Shown here: positions 28,312 through 37,556 of the stretch, piece after piece
Layout of the letters: each line of letters starts with the position of its first letter
Position numbering within the stretch: the stretch's first letter is position 1
NCBI GenBank assembly: GCA_031265685.1
Contig: JAISCI010000116.1
Span: 1-57,837 of the forward strand
Source: Clostridiales bacterium
GTDB lineage: Bacteria; Bacillota; Clostridia; Lachnospirales; WRAX01
Direction: 5' to 3'
Length of the DNA stretch: 57,837 nucleotides
Translations under genes and position numbers: made by a program
Notes under the pieces: model-generated
Told to the model about the DNA's origin: nothing
Database searches by the model: none
What the model saw: the letters and a program-made list of their open reading frames with translations, nothing else

Positions 28312-30444
28312 CTAATCAATCCATTTATTGGCTCGCAGCTGCTCGATTATCGTATCAAGCTGCCGCATTTCCGGGTCTGATTCACCCGATTTGACGTTAG
28401 CGTTGTACAGCTCGGCGGCGCTGTCATAGTATTGCTTAGTCATAGAGTAGTCCCGGCTCTCGTTCTGGATTTTCGACTGCCTGTCGGCCTCAAGGTACGC
28501 TTGACGCATAGGTACGCGATAATCGTTCGGGAACAGATCCGCCATCTTATTAAGAAGGTCCGCGGCGCGGTCAAACTGGCCCGCGTTTTGGAGGAGTATA
28601 ACTAAGTTTTGCAATATGTGGAACTGTGCCGCTCCGCTCTCGGCCAGCCGCTCAAACAACGCGATCGCGCTTTCATAATCGCCGCATTTGACATACGCGT
28701 CCGCGAGCCGCTCCGTCATTTCGGGCGCTCGATTAAGCGGAATCCGGCTGATCGCGCCTGACAGCAGTTCGACGGAACGCTCGGGCTGTCCTTTCAGCCT
28801 GAAAACCTCATCGGACGTGTGGTACGCGCGGTAACGCAGATAGTCGTCGCTCGTCAGCGCGATAACCTCGCCGAAATAATCAACCGCGCTGTCGTATTCC
28901 CGCTTAGCGAAGTCAATCTCCCCGTTGATCAGATTCAGCGAGTCGGCGTCAAGATTCAGTACCCGCGCCTTTTCAAGCGCTCTCTCCGCTTCCGCTACCT
29001 CACCGATCCTCGCTAAGGCGACGGCGTAGTCGCGGTAATAAACTGGGTTGTCTTTAACGTACCGCACGGCAATCTCGAAATTGCCCATCGCCGTGAAGTA
29101 ATCAGGCTCGCCGGATTGATAGTAGTAACAGTCACCGAGAATATAGTAGATGTCGCCAAAGCTTCGCGCCGCTTCCGGCGCGGCCCTGAACTCCGCGATA
29201 TTGCCGAGGCTCGACTCTATATAGTCGCGGCAGACATCCAAATCGCCGTCGTCCCAAAGCCGCTCCGCCATAGCGCGGTACGGGTCGATCCTGTCCCAGA
29301 ACATCGCGAGGGCTTCATCATACGAGCCTTTCGGATCGGCTCCGTTCTCAATATCGTAAACGGCGGCGTAGTAGCGCTCCTCTTTCTCCTGAGCCATCAC
29401 GCCGCGTCCGAACAGCGCGGTTCCCGCGAACAGCGCGAACGCGAGCGGCAGGATAATCGCCGCCGCGATTTTCTTTGACTGTGATACTTTCCAGCGCGTG
29501 TCATGTTTGTGGATATTGCGGACGGCTTCGGCGAGAACCGCGGCCGACGCAAACCGCTCGTCCGGCGCAAAGCGCATCGACTGCTCGATCACATAAACTA
29601 TGCCCTCGCTGAAACGCCCGGCCTTTGAGATCGGCTTCAGCCCGGATGGTTCTTTGGGCGGACGGACGCCGCTCAAAAGGTGATACATTGTCGCGCCAAG
29701 ACTGTAAATATCCGAACGTTTCCAGTCGATGGCGGTATTATCAATACCGCGGACAGATTCCGCGGCGCGCGTATCCGGGTCAACAAGCTCCGTCGCCTCG
29801 GTATCCACGCTTTCGGTCGCGTCCGTCGCTTCAGCCTGAACGCTTGAGCCGCCATACCTGATTGGCGCGGAAGCGCGCGAAAACTCGCCGCGCTTGTATT
29901 TTTCATAAATCCCGTACTGCTCCGGGGAACAGTAACCCAAGCTGCGGCTGATCAGCTGAACGTCATTCCCCGCGACAAGCGCGGCGTTGAAGTCAATCAG
30001 GCATACATCGTCATTTGGGAGCAGCATTATGTTTCCGGGTTTGATGTCGCGGTGGCAGACGTTCTGTTTATGCAGCACCGTAAGCGCGGACGACAGCTGA
30101 CCGTACCATTTGACGACTTGGGCCTGTGTAAACCTTCCGCCGCGTTCCAGCAGCTTATCAAGGCTCTGCCCCTCGACAAACTCCATTACCGTGTAGGTTT
30201 GACCGTTTTCATTCAAGAAGTCATAGACCTGCGGCAAATGCTCGCTCTTTACGTTCTTCAGCGCGTCGCGTTCCTGTTCGCTCCCCGCGGCGTTGAACAG
30301 CGTCTTTATAACTACCGCCTTTTGCAGATTTGAGTCCCACGCCTTATATACCGCGCCGCCGCCGCCCTCGCCGAGCTTTTGCTCAACGCGGTAGCGCGGG
30401 GCGGACAGGATTGGAAATGAATCAGTTTGCATATTCTCCCCCAT
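28312..30444 (-). CDS. Hanks-type Ser/Thr protein kinase with one TM helix and an extracellular TPR domain
   Basis: The Gly loop is GEGGGGAVY, the VAIK-type Lys is in AVVIKTL, and the catalytic loop is HRDIKPGN. DFN replaces DFG, and SPEQ stands in the APE position. The TM helix is IAAAIILPLAFALFAGTALFG, followed by about 350 aa of TPR-like repeats. Confidence 0.9.
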   Translation of the reverse strand: MGENMQTDSFPILSAPRYRVEQKLGEGGGGAVYKAWDSNLQKAVVIKTLFNAAGSEQERDALKNVKSEHLPQVYDFLNENGQTYTVMEFVEGQSLDKLLERGGRFTQAQVVKWYGQLSSALTVLHKQNVCHRDIKPGNIMLLPNDDVCLIDFNAALVAGNDVQLISRSLGYCSPEQYGIYEKYKRGEFSRASAPIRYGGSSVQAEATDATESVDTEATELVDPDTRAAESVRGIDNTAIDWKRSDIYSLGATMYHLLSGVRPPKEPSGLKPISKAGRFSEGIVYVIEQSMRFAPDERFASAAVLAEAVRNIHKHDTRWKVSQSKKIAAAIILPLAFALFAGTALFGRGVMAQEKEERYYAAVYDIENGADPKGSYDEALAMFWDRIDPYRAMAERLWDDGDLDVCRDYIESSLGNIAEFRAAPEAARSFGDIYYILGDCYYYQSGEPDYFTAMGNFEIAVRYVKDNPVYYRDYAVALARIGEVAEAERALEKARVLNLDADSLNLINGEIDFAKREYDSAVDYFGEVIALTSDDYLRYRAYHTSDEVFRLKGQPERSVELLSGAISRIPLNRAPEMTERLADAYVKCGDYESAIALFERLAESGAAQFHILQNLVILLQNAGQFDRAADLLNKMADLFPNDYRVPMRQAYLEADRQSKIQNESRDYSMTKQYYDSAAELYNANVKSGESDPEMRQLDTIIEQLRANKWID

Positions 30445-32315
30445 TATTCCGCGAGATAAGCTATCGCTTCGTCATATGACACAGCTAAGGCCTTGGGCAT
30501 CAAAGCGCGCTCAAAACCGTGTTTCTGCCACAGCGACGGCGGTTCTCCGTTGAAATTATCGAACCACACGTTTTCCGCTTTGCTTAGGGCGCGGCGTATC
30601 GCGTCCTCGAAAGCCTCGCGCGTTAATTCCGTCCCGCTGATTGACTGACCGCCCACTGCCGTCCAGTCGTCCTCGCCGCCAAACCAGTACGCGTAATAAT
30701 CGTACCAAGGCGAGTCATCCGGGGTGTCGTATTTGTACTGTTCATAATACTTTGAGTAAGCGCCGAAACTCCCGTCGGCGTTGACGCCCCAAATATCCCA
30801 CCAAATCGTCCCGTCTCCGGACGTATGATAAATCCAAAACTCGTCGTCGCTCGTCGTAAACGCGAGCAGACACATCGTTCCGTAATCGGCGGATGGAGAT
30901 TCGATTCGGCGCGCCGCGTGGGATTTGACGTCATACGTCCAAACAGTCAGTCCGTGATTTGAGAGATACAGCAATTCCGGCGTATCGTCTCCGAACCAGT
31001 CCGCTACCGCGATTTTGCCCGAATCAGTTCCATCGTTTGACCAGCTGAATTTGAAGTTTTCGATTTCGGACTTATGGAAAGATAACAGCTCTCTGTACGT
31101 CTCTTGCCAGCTATTGGGAGAAGAGGCGAAGGGCGCTCTCACCAGGTCAAACCGGAAATACGGGATCACTAATTCGCTTGACCCGGCCGCGTAGTAGAAC
31201 GTATACTGCTCGAAATAGATGTGCACTCCGTCTTCGGCAAGCCAGAAAACCGCATTCTCGCCGCATTGCTCTTTTACGGACTCAACGAAATATTTGTTGT
31301 AACTGCCGCTGTACAGCTGCCCGTCATAACCCTGCGCGAAAATGTCATACCCGTCTCCGAGCGCGGCGTGATACGACAAGTACTCTTGATAGAGCGTATC
31401 GGCCAAATTATCGGCGCCGACCGACAAAACGTCGGATATACTCAATGATTCACCCGTCTCGCAATCGAAAGTATGGCCCAAATATTCAAACCCGCCGTGA
31501 GGGCCAAGACCGTCCCATTCCGAACTGCCGACGAAAGAGATGTATTGATTCTTGCGCCAGCTCTCTTCCCACGTCACGGCGGAACCGCCGACTCTGCCGT
31601 CGTTAGCTTCTTCATACGTGTACCCCTCGCGGCTGTAATACGACTCCAGCAGCCAATCCGAATCGCCGTTCGTGCTTCCCGCGGGTATCTCGCTTGCGAA
31701 CACCGCGTTCATTTTCCTGATTCGCGCGCCGTCTCCGGCAAATACGGGCTGACTGCTTTCGTCGCGCCAAATCAAAACCCCGTCGTCGGCGCGGAGTTCG
31801 TCATAATATGTTTGCTCAATGTCGTATTCGGGCACTATTAGGTCATAATAGCGTTCCGCGATTCTCTTGTCGTCCAGCTTATTAAGGCCGCGCCGTAAAA
31901 TTTCCGCTGACTTATTTTCGTCGCCAAGAGCGGCGTACACGTCCGCAAGCCCAAGATACGCGTCCGCGTTCGCGGGCGTTTCGTCGATTATCTCATTGTA
32001 GAGCTTCGTCAGATCTTCAAGGAAGGCCGTGTCGCCGGACAATTCATCAAAGCCTTTCCGCATAATCTCAACAGCGCGGTCAACTTCGCCGCGCGCGGCG
32101 TATACTTCTGCCAAGCCCGTGTAGCCTCGCGGATTGCGCGGCTCAATCTCAATCAGTCTGTCAAAACAGACGATCGCCTGCTCGTAGTCCATTTCGAGCA
32201 GGTATTTCTCGCCGAGGCCGAGAAGCTCGGCGGCGGTCATCGCGCTTATCGGCTTGGCGCAGGCGGCAAACAATAACGCCGTCAGCGCAAGCGCGAGCGG
32301 GATTGCGCGGCTCAT
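30444..32315 (-). CDS. Lipoprotein, shared N-terminal TPR module with a large C-terminal region that includes a DUF3298/RsiV-like segment (paralog 3)
   Basis: ATG at 32315 follows an AAGGGGGA RBS. The ORF-track start at 32546 would overlap the upstream gene. The lipobox is LFAAC, and the module is TAAELLGLGEKYLLEMDYEQAIVCFDRLIEIEPRNPRGYTGLAEVY. LGPHGGFEYLGHTFDCETGESLSISDVL resembles the DUF3298 signature, which is a tentative call. A TAATG stop/start overlap with the kinase gene lies at 30442-30446. Confidence 0.8.
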   Translation of the reverse strand: MSRAIPLALALTALLFAACAKPISAMTAAELLGLGEKYLLEMDYEQAIVCFDRLIEIEPRNPRGYTGLAEVYAARGEVDRAVEIMRKGFDELSGDTAFLEDLTKLYNEIIDETPANADAYLGLADVYAALGDENKSAEILRRGLNKLDDKRIAERYYDLIVPEYDIEQTYYDELRADDGVLIWRDESSQPVFAGDGARIRKMNAVFASEIPAGSTNGDSDWLLESYYSREGYTYEEANDGRVGGSAVTWEESWRKNQYISFVGSSEWDGLGPHGGFEYLGHTFDCETGESLSISDVLSVGADNLADTLYQEYLSYHAALGDGYDIFAQGYDGQLYSGSYNKYFVESVKEQCGENAVFWLAEDGVHIYFEQYTFYYAAGSSELVIPYFRFDLVRAPFASSPNSWQETYRELLSFHKSEIENFKFSWSNDGTDSGKIAVADWFGDDTPELLYLSNHGLTVWTYDVKSHAARRIESPSADYGTMCLLAFTTSDDEFWIYHTSGDGTIWWDIWGVNADGSFGAYSKYYEQYKYDTPDDSPWYDYYAYWFGGEDDWTAVGGQSISGTELTREAFEDAIRRALSKAENVWFDNFNGEPPSLWQKHGFERALMPKALAVSYDEAIAYLAE

Positions 32316-32379
32316 TCTTTCGTTTCCCCCTTTCAGTTTTCGAGATTGTTTATTTATGCTAATCCCAAAGGAAAGGCGT

Positions 32380-32844
32380 TTACAGTTTTTGTCCGCACGA
32401 ACCGCAGAATACGGCTCCATTTTCCAGTTCCTCGCCGCAATGAGCGCAGAGCCGGACTTCAGGCGCGGTTGGTTCTGTCCGAGCTTCCGGTGTTTCGACT
32501 TTAGAGCCGCATTTGCCGCAAAACACGGCGGTGAGCGGAAGGTCAAACCCGCAGTTGGGGCAGCGCTTCACCCCTTTAACAAGCTGAATCTCTGACTGCA
32601 GCTTCTCAATTTGCTCCGTTGCCGCGGTTATCGCAGCGCACAACTCATCAAACGGCGGTTCGGCGTCCTCGCGGCGCCGTTCATAGTACAACTTGCCGAT
32701 TTGCGAATATAAGCTTCCGATTTTTCGTTGTTCCTCTGAAATCCGCGAGTTGAGCCGAGCCGTTTCGGCGAATTCTTTCGTCGCTTTTACAGCGCCCTGT
32801 GTTGTGTCGGCGACTTTCTTTTTTATATCGTCGAACAAAGCCAT
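32380..32844 (-). CDS. Cytoplasmic coiled-coil protein with a double zinc ribbon
   Basis: CPNCGFDLPLTAVFCGKCG and CAHCGEELENGAVFCGSCG follow an N-terminal helical region. There is no TM helix. Confidence 0.75.
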   Translation of the reverse strand: MALFDDIKKKVADTTQGAVKATKEFAETARLNSRISEEQRKIGSLYSQIGKLYYERRREDAEPPFDELCAAITAATEQIEKLQSEIQLVKGVKRCPNCGFDLPLTAVFCGKCGSKVETPEARTEPTAPEVRLCAHCGEELENGAVFCGSCGQKL

Positions 32845-32884
32845 CTTAGCACCTCCGGTGTATTTTGTGAATTGTTCCTAAATC

Positions 32885-34042
32885 TCAAAAAAGCCCGACA
32901 GCTTCATATGGTCTGTGGATCTCCCATTCCGTATCGCCGGCGGGTCTTGTATTAGGCAGAACCGAATCGGGCGTTCCCCAAGTTCCGCTCACAAACGCGG
33001 CGTAGGGTATGTTTCCCTCGGCGTCCGCCGCGCCGAGCGGCTGTAAGATACCGTCGGCGTACCTTGACATCCACGTATCAACCTGTTGTTCGATTCCCTC
33101 ATACACGCTGTGCCTTTCCTCGAAGACGTCGCCTTCATAAAACCCGTCAATTACATTGCCGGACTGGACTTGCCAGTAATATGAGAAAATATCTCCGCTT
33201 TGCGGGTTGAACGCGTAGCGCTTGAACGCGCCTGTCGCTTTGCCGTCCTGGTATGTTAAGTCCTCCCAAGTGAACTGACGCGCATCGCCGTTATACTGAT
33301 GAGTCCACGCTATATGATAGACGAATCCATTCTCTCGTTTTCCATATTGCGCCATCAGATTTCTCTCTCCGGGTTCATTCCGGCTTAACTGATGTTCAAG
33401 CGTCAGCCGCGGTTCTGACTCCGAATCACTTCTGAAGTAGTAAAACATAGCGTGATAATAATAATCGTCGTAATCTTCGCGCTCACTGCTGCTGACATGC
33501 CCGGATCCGGCGTTGTAATATATGTCTGTTTTATGGTCGAGCTGACTGAACCAGGAGTGAGCGTTTTCATCTGTCATCAAGTTGTACGCAAGGTTCATAT
33601 CGCCGCTGACGAAGGCGTTATACAGATCTTCCATGTATGACGCGATGTTATCCGGCAACACAAAACCGCCGGACGCCGTGTCCGCATTGATGTTATCATT
33701 TGAATTCCGCGGAGGCTCGCTCAGTTTGTCCAATTCACTCAATTTATCGCGGATTCCCGCGTCGTCCGGCAGCCTCTCTAAGCCGCGCTTCAGCACCTCT
33801 TTTGCCTTATCAGGCTGCCCCAAGCCGGCATATGCGTCCGCCGCGCCCGTATAGCCGCGCGGATTCTTCGGCTCAATCTCAATCAGCCTGCCAAAATAGA
33901 CGACCGCCTGCTCGTAGTTCATTTCGAGCAGGTATTTCTCGCCGAGGTCGAGAAGCTCGGCGGCGGTCATCTCATTAAGCGGCTTTGAGCAGGCGGTAAG
34001 CATTGCCATCAGCGCGAGCGCGAGTGAAATTACGCGTCTCAT
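32885..34042 (-). CDS. Lipoprotein, shared N-terminal TPR module with unique C-terminal domain (paralog 4)
   Basis: The lipobox is LTAC. The module is TAAELLDLGEKYLLEMNYEQAVVYFGRLIEIEPKNPRGYTGAADAY. The C-terminus is rich in aromatic residues and unrelated to the other paralogs. Confidence 0.8.
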   Translation of the reverse strand: MRRVISLALALMAMLTACSKPLNEMTAAELLDLGEKYLLEMNYEQAVVYFGRLIEIEPKNPRGYTGAADAYAGLGQPDKAKEVLKRGLERLPDDAGIRDKLSELDKLSEPPRNSNDNINADTASGGFVLPDNIASYMEDLYNAFVSGDMNLAYNLMTDENAHSWFSQLDHKTDIYYNAGSGHVSSSEREDYDDYYYHAMFYYFRSDSESEPRLTLEHQLSRNEPGERNLMAQYGKRENGFVYHIAWTHQYNGDARQFTWEDLTYQDGKATGAFKRYAFNPQSGDIFSYYWQVQSGNVIDGFYEGDVFEERHSVYEGIEQQVDTWMSRYADGILQPLGAADAEGNIPYAAFVSGTWGTPDSVLPNTRPAGDTEWEIHRPYEAVGLF

Positions 34043-34051
34043 TGAGTCCTC

Positions 34052-34321
34052 CTATCCGGCGTGTCCGAGTGCAACCTTGCCGCGTCGGCTGTCAGCGTAT
34101 GACGTCCACTCGCTCTTGCCGGCATAAATGTTTTCGTCTTTCGGCGCGTCCGGCCACTTAACCTGAACTCGGGCTAAATGGCCGGAGACGTAACGCTCGC
34201 GGCGCGGCGGCTTGGAGCAATCGGCCAAATCGACCCCGCAAACGCGAACAGCGGAAACGGAGCCGGTAATCTTCTCATATACCTCACCAATACAGCCATT
34301 TGGGCAGTCGGTCCGCATCAT
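34052..34321 (-). CDS. Hypothetical small protein (about 89 aa)
   Basis: ATGATG at 34321 follows an AGGAAGG RBS and overlaps the 3' end of the upstream gene by about 37 nt. I recognise no family. Confidence 0.4.
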   Translation of the reverse strand: MMRTDCPNGCIGEVYEKITGSVSAVRVCGVDLADCSKPPRRERYVSGHLARVQVKWPDAPKDENIYAGKSEWTSYADSRRGKVALGHAG

Positions 34322-34607
34322 TATACGCGCCTTCCTGCGCTTTTTGATAAACATCCGCGCAGGCGGTAAGGCTCTCGCCGAACTTTTTCAGCGATTCGCG
34401 GAACCGCACGGTGGTGGAATTGTTATCGTCCACGCCTTCCCATTTGCGGCCAAACTCCTGCGCGTCAAACCCGAGCCAGTCGGCGGAGAGCATAGACTTA
34501 ACGTCGGAATCAGCCGACCGCATTTCCCTGTCCTGAGCGGAGCAGTATGCGGTCACCGCCGCCGCGACGTCGCGCAGCGCCTTGTGATTAACCTCAATAA
34601 CCGCCAT
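34284..34607 (-). CDS. WXG100-like small helical protein
   Basis: It is about 107 aa, with a central W-x-G (SADWLGFDAQEF) between two predicted helices. ATG at 34607 follows a GAGGTG RBS. Confidence 0.6.
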   Translation of the reverse strand: MAVIEVNHKALRDVAAAVTAYCSAQDREMRSADSDVKSMLSADWLGFDAQEFGRKWEGVDDNNSTTVRFRESLKKFGESLTACADVYQKAQEGAYNDADRLPKWLYW

Positions 34608-34617
34608 TTCGCGCACC

Positions 34618-34917
34618 TCACTTGAATTTGTCCGCCAGCTTCGTATTGACCGTCTCGGCGCTGGTATAGCCGGGATTCACCTGCTGTTCAAGCATATTGA
34701 CGTAGTTCTGGAGAATCGCCTGCCGCGCTTCGCTGTTCTTGAACAGCTGGTACATTGTCGTCTTCGCGGTCTCTCCCGCCGGGCTTTTCCAATTGCTGTC
34801 AAGCTGCCGCGCCTTGTCCTGTAGCGCGCGGAACTCGTTGTTGATATTGTTGTTTACCGCGCGCAGTCTGTTCGCCGAAGAAGCTATCCGATCGGTATTG
34901 ACGACCTGCTTCGCCAT
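34618..34917 (-). CDS. WXG100-family (EsxA-like) protein, second copy
   Basis: It is 99 aa with a helix-turn-helix layout and a central NWKSPAGE. The C-terminus KLADKFK parallels QLADAFK in the copy at 38325-38627. Confidence 0.7.
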   Translation of the reverse strand: MAKQVVNTDRIASSANRLRAVNNNINNEFRALQDKARQLDSNWKSPAGETAKTTMYQLFKNSEARQAILQNYVNMLEQQVNPGYTSAETVNTKLADKFK

Positions 34918-34928
34918 AGTGCCGCCCC

Positions 34929-35141
34929 CTAATTCTTGCCCATAATCCAGTCGGCGAGCCGATTGGAGTTCACGCGGCTCAGCCGCGCCAGAACGCCGTC
35001 GTATTTATCGGCAATCTTGTCAATGCAGTCGCCGCACAGCTGCTCTCCGATACCCGTAAAATCGCGGCGGACGCTCCACTCGATATCGCGAAGCTCTCCT
35101 ATTATGGAACGCATTTCGCTCCTGCACTCCGAGAGGTTCAT
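34929..35141 (-). CDS. 70-aa helical protein directly downstream of the lipase/CHAP protein (candidate chaperone or immunity factor)
   Basis: The ORF starts 12 nt after the effector stop codon. I recognise no family. Confidence 0.5.
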   Translation of the reverse strand: MNLSECRSEMRSIIGELRDIEWSVRRDFTGIGEQLCGDCIDKIADKYDGVLARLSRVNSNRLADWIMGKN

Positions 35142-35153
35142 ACAATTTTCCTC

Positions 35154-37553
35154 CTACTTTTTCCGATAGCCGTTGGTGATGTATGACATCGGGACGCTTC
35201 TTATTCTTGGACTCGAGGGATTTTGTTCTAATATCTGAACATTGCCGTTTTTGTCCGGGTTCGATACCACAACAAAAGTGTGGCCTGAGTTTGGCGGATT
35301 GATAGCAAATCCAATGTCGCCCGCCGCGTACGGCCCGCCCGATACGTCCGCCATTCTGCTTTTTTCGGAGAAATTCACCGCTGGGGCGGTTCCCGCGTTG
35401 TTCCACGCGCTCAGGCCCACGCTATTGACTCCGTACATTTCCATGAACCACTTTTTGGAGATGTCGGCGCACTGCTCTCCGTAAGCGTTGTCAACGTCAA
35501 TGCCGCCAGCCGCCCCTCCCGCGTGGTCCGTCCAGTTGTTTGTGTCAAGACACCAATTCTTGAAACTATCGAGCTTTGCCGCGTCCGCCCCGCCGCCCGA
35601 CGTCGCCCCCTCGGCAGGCGCGGCGCTCCCGTCTGAAGACGAGCTTCCGCTGGAACCAGCGCCGCCGCCAGACGAGCTTCCCGAGCTGCCGTCTCCGGAA
35701 CCGCCGCCAGACGAGCTTCCCGAACTGCCGCCGCCGGACGAGCTTCCCGAGCTTCCGCCTCCGGACGACGGCGTCGAATAACTTATACCGCCGTCCGCGT
35801 ATCCGCGAGCCTTGCTTTCGGCGGTTTCAAAGCGGTCGGCGGTATTGTTCAAGTACGACCTGACCTGATTCAGCGTCGGGCTGCCGCTGGTCAGAAGGTT
35901 GGCGCACAGTATATCCCAAATGTCGAGCAAGCCCACCTGCCAGTACAGCCCGCGCAAGCCGCTGTCAAGGTTTCGTAAGCGTTGGTTGACTCTGTCTATC
36001 CGCGACGCGTAACCGCGCAGTTTCGCGGTGTCCACCTTGAAGTAAGGGTTGGAGTTGACGTAGCGGACGCCGGAGTCGAACGTATTGCGCAGCCATTGGG
36101 CGATTTTGCCGATAGCGTTCTTGATGGCGTTGAACGCCTGAATGATAGCTTCTTTCGCCTTGTTCGCAAGCCACGAGACGCCTTGGACGATACGAATAAC
36201 GGCATCCGCAAAAATGCCGATAACGGCGACCACGGTGACGATAGGGACTATGATCGGCGACAGAATCGCCAAGCCGACGCAAATGCCAGCGAACTGCCAC
36301 GGATTCTCCTTAATCCAATTTTCAACCGCCACGTCAATGCCAAGCTCATGGATAACGGCGTCAATGTCTTCGGGGTGGGTCAACGCCGTTTCCAACAAAA
36401 TGGGAAGAGCGGTAACAAGCGCGGCAGGTATATCTATATTTTTCCAATCAAACCCAAACTCGCCGTTCTCAAATGTAACGCCTTGAGCTATGGCTTGCAA
36501 AGCTTTTTCGCGAACTTCCGGCGGATAACTGTTGAAGTGGCGTATTAAATCTTCAATCGCCTCCGCCGCGGGACGGTCTATGCCTGATTCCTGAAGCAGC
36601 GGAGTGATTTTACCGGGATTATCCGCTAACAGCTCGACAATCACAGGAACAAGCGTTTCCTTAAAGTCCTCGAAGTCCTTCGCGGTTATGGCGTCTTTTA
36701 TCGGTTCATTCGCTCCGACGTAATTTTCCGCGAACTTCATCGCTATCTCCGCGGCGCGCTGCCGCTTGTCTTCAGGCAGTTCGTTGATCTTGGCGACAAG
36801 CTGTCTTACAAACTGACGAAACTCGCTTTCCTGTAAATTACCGTCGCCAACGTTCAGATTGCCGTTCTCATCCAGCATCCATTGAACGGCGTGATACGTA
36901 AACATTATGTTATCGTTTGGGCCTTTTGGGGGAGTAGCCACAAAGGTGATGTGACCATTCGGGACAATCTCAACTTGACCCTGCGGGCTGACATAATCCG
37001 ACTGACCGTAGTAAGCCCAAATCTTGCCGCGCTGACGCTCGTAGTACGATTCGCCGTACAGCGCGATTGATTCCTCGACGAACTGATTGGAGAATCCCGG
37101 CCCGTCGAGCGTAACGCAGGCCGATATATAGTCCGCGTACGGCGAGCGTATTGTCACATACTGAGCGTTGTTGCCGCCCTGCGAATGCCCGGTGACATAG
37201 AGGTTCCCATCCGATTTGCCCTCGTAATGCCCAGCTATCGAATCGTTAAAATAAGACAGCGACCACTCTTGTATCGGAGACGGCGGTCCTCCGTAGGCGA
37301 CTGAGTTATAGCCCCAGTTTCCGTCCCCGGTTCCGTTGAAATGGACGTAGACGTTACCGCCGGCGTCTTTGACGGTTATCGCTTTCGCGTATGTTTCGCC
37401 CGTTTCGCGCGTATACATACCGACGCTCACAAGCTCGTACCCCTCGAGACCGTTTATATCTTTTATAGGGCCGTAACTTCGATTCTTGTCGGTCAGCCTG
37501 GAAAAGCTCGCTTCCAGTATCGCGCCGACATTTGCCGTACCGCGGTTTTCCAT
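35154..37553 (-). CDS. Multidomain candidate T7SS effector: N-terminal DUF2974/lipase-like alpha/beta hydrolase, helical region, TM segment, helical region, Gly/Ser linker, C-terminal CHAP domain
   Basis: The nucleophile elbow is VTGHSQGG (about nt 37180-37195) in a lipase-class-3-like N-domain. The hydrophobic segment is WQFAGICVGLAILSPIIVPIVTVVAVIGIF. The CHAP motifs are YGEQCADISKKW, SGHTFVVV and LEQN (Cys codon about 35469-35471). Confidence 0.85.
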   Translation of the reverse strand: MENRGTANVGAILEASFSRLTDKNRSYGPIKDINGLEGYELVSVGMYTRETGETYAKAITVKDAGGNVYVHFNGTGDGNWGYNSVAYGGPPSPIQEWSLSYFNDSIAGHYEGKSDGNLYVTGHSQGGNNAQYVTIRSPYADYISACVTLDGPGFSNQFVEESIALYGESYYERQRGKIWAYYGQSDYVSPQGQVEIVPNGHITFVATPPKGPNDNIMFTYHAVQWMLDENGNLNVGDGNLQESEFRQFVRQLVAKINELPEDKRQRAAEIAMKFAENYVGANEPIKDAITAKDFEDFKETLVPVIVELLADNPGKITPLLQESGIDRPAAEAIEDLIRHFNSYPPEVREKALQAIAQGVTFENGEFGFDWKNIDIPAALVTALPILLETALTHPEDIDAVIHELGIDVAVENWIKENPWQFAGICVGLAILSPIIVPIVTVVAVIGIFADAVIRIVQGVSWLANKAKEAIIQAFNAIKNAIGKIAQWLRNTFDSGVRYVNSNPYFKVDTAKLRGYASRIDRVNQRLRNLDSGLRGLYWQVGLLDIWDILCANLLTSGSPTLNQVRSYLNNTADRFETAESKARGYADGGISYSTPSSGGGSSGSSSGGGSSGSSSGGGSGDGSSGSSSGGGAGSSGSSSSDGSAAPAEGATSGGGADAAKLDSFKNWCLDTNNWTDHAGGAAGGIDVDNAYGEQCADISKKWFMEMYGVNSVGLSAWNNAGTAPAVNFSEKSRMADVSGGPYAAGDIGFAINPPNSGHTFVVVSNPDKNGNVQILEQNPSSPRIRSVPMSYITNGYRKK
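35636..35770. repeat. Tandem imperfect ~30-nt repeats encoding the (SSGGGSSGS)n linker of the effector
   Basis: GCCGCCRGACGAGCTTCCCGARCTKCC recurs at least three times on the plus strand. The long plus-strand PPDELPEL ORFs here are its antisense shadow. Confidence 0.75.
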
Positions 37554-37556
37554 AAG

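Noticed and set aside
35488-35863. Plus-strand ORFs with PPDELPELP-type proline repeats
   Set aside because: They are the reverse-complement reading of the Gly/Ser linker repeats of the 799-aa effector, not independent genes.
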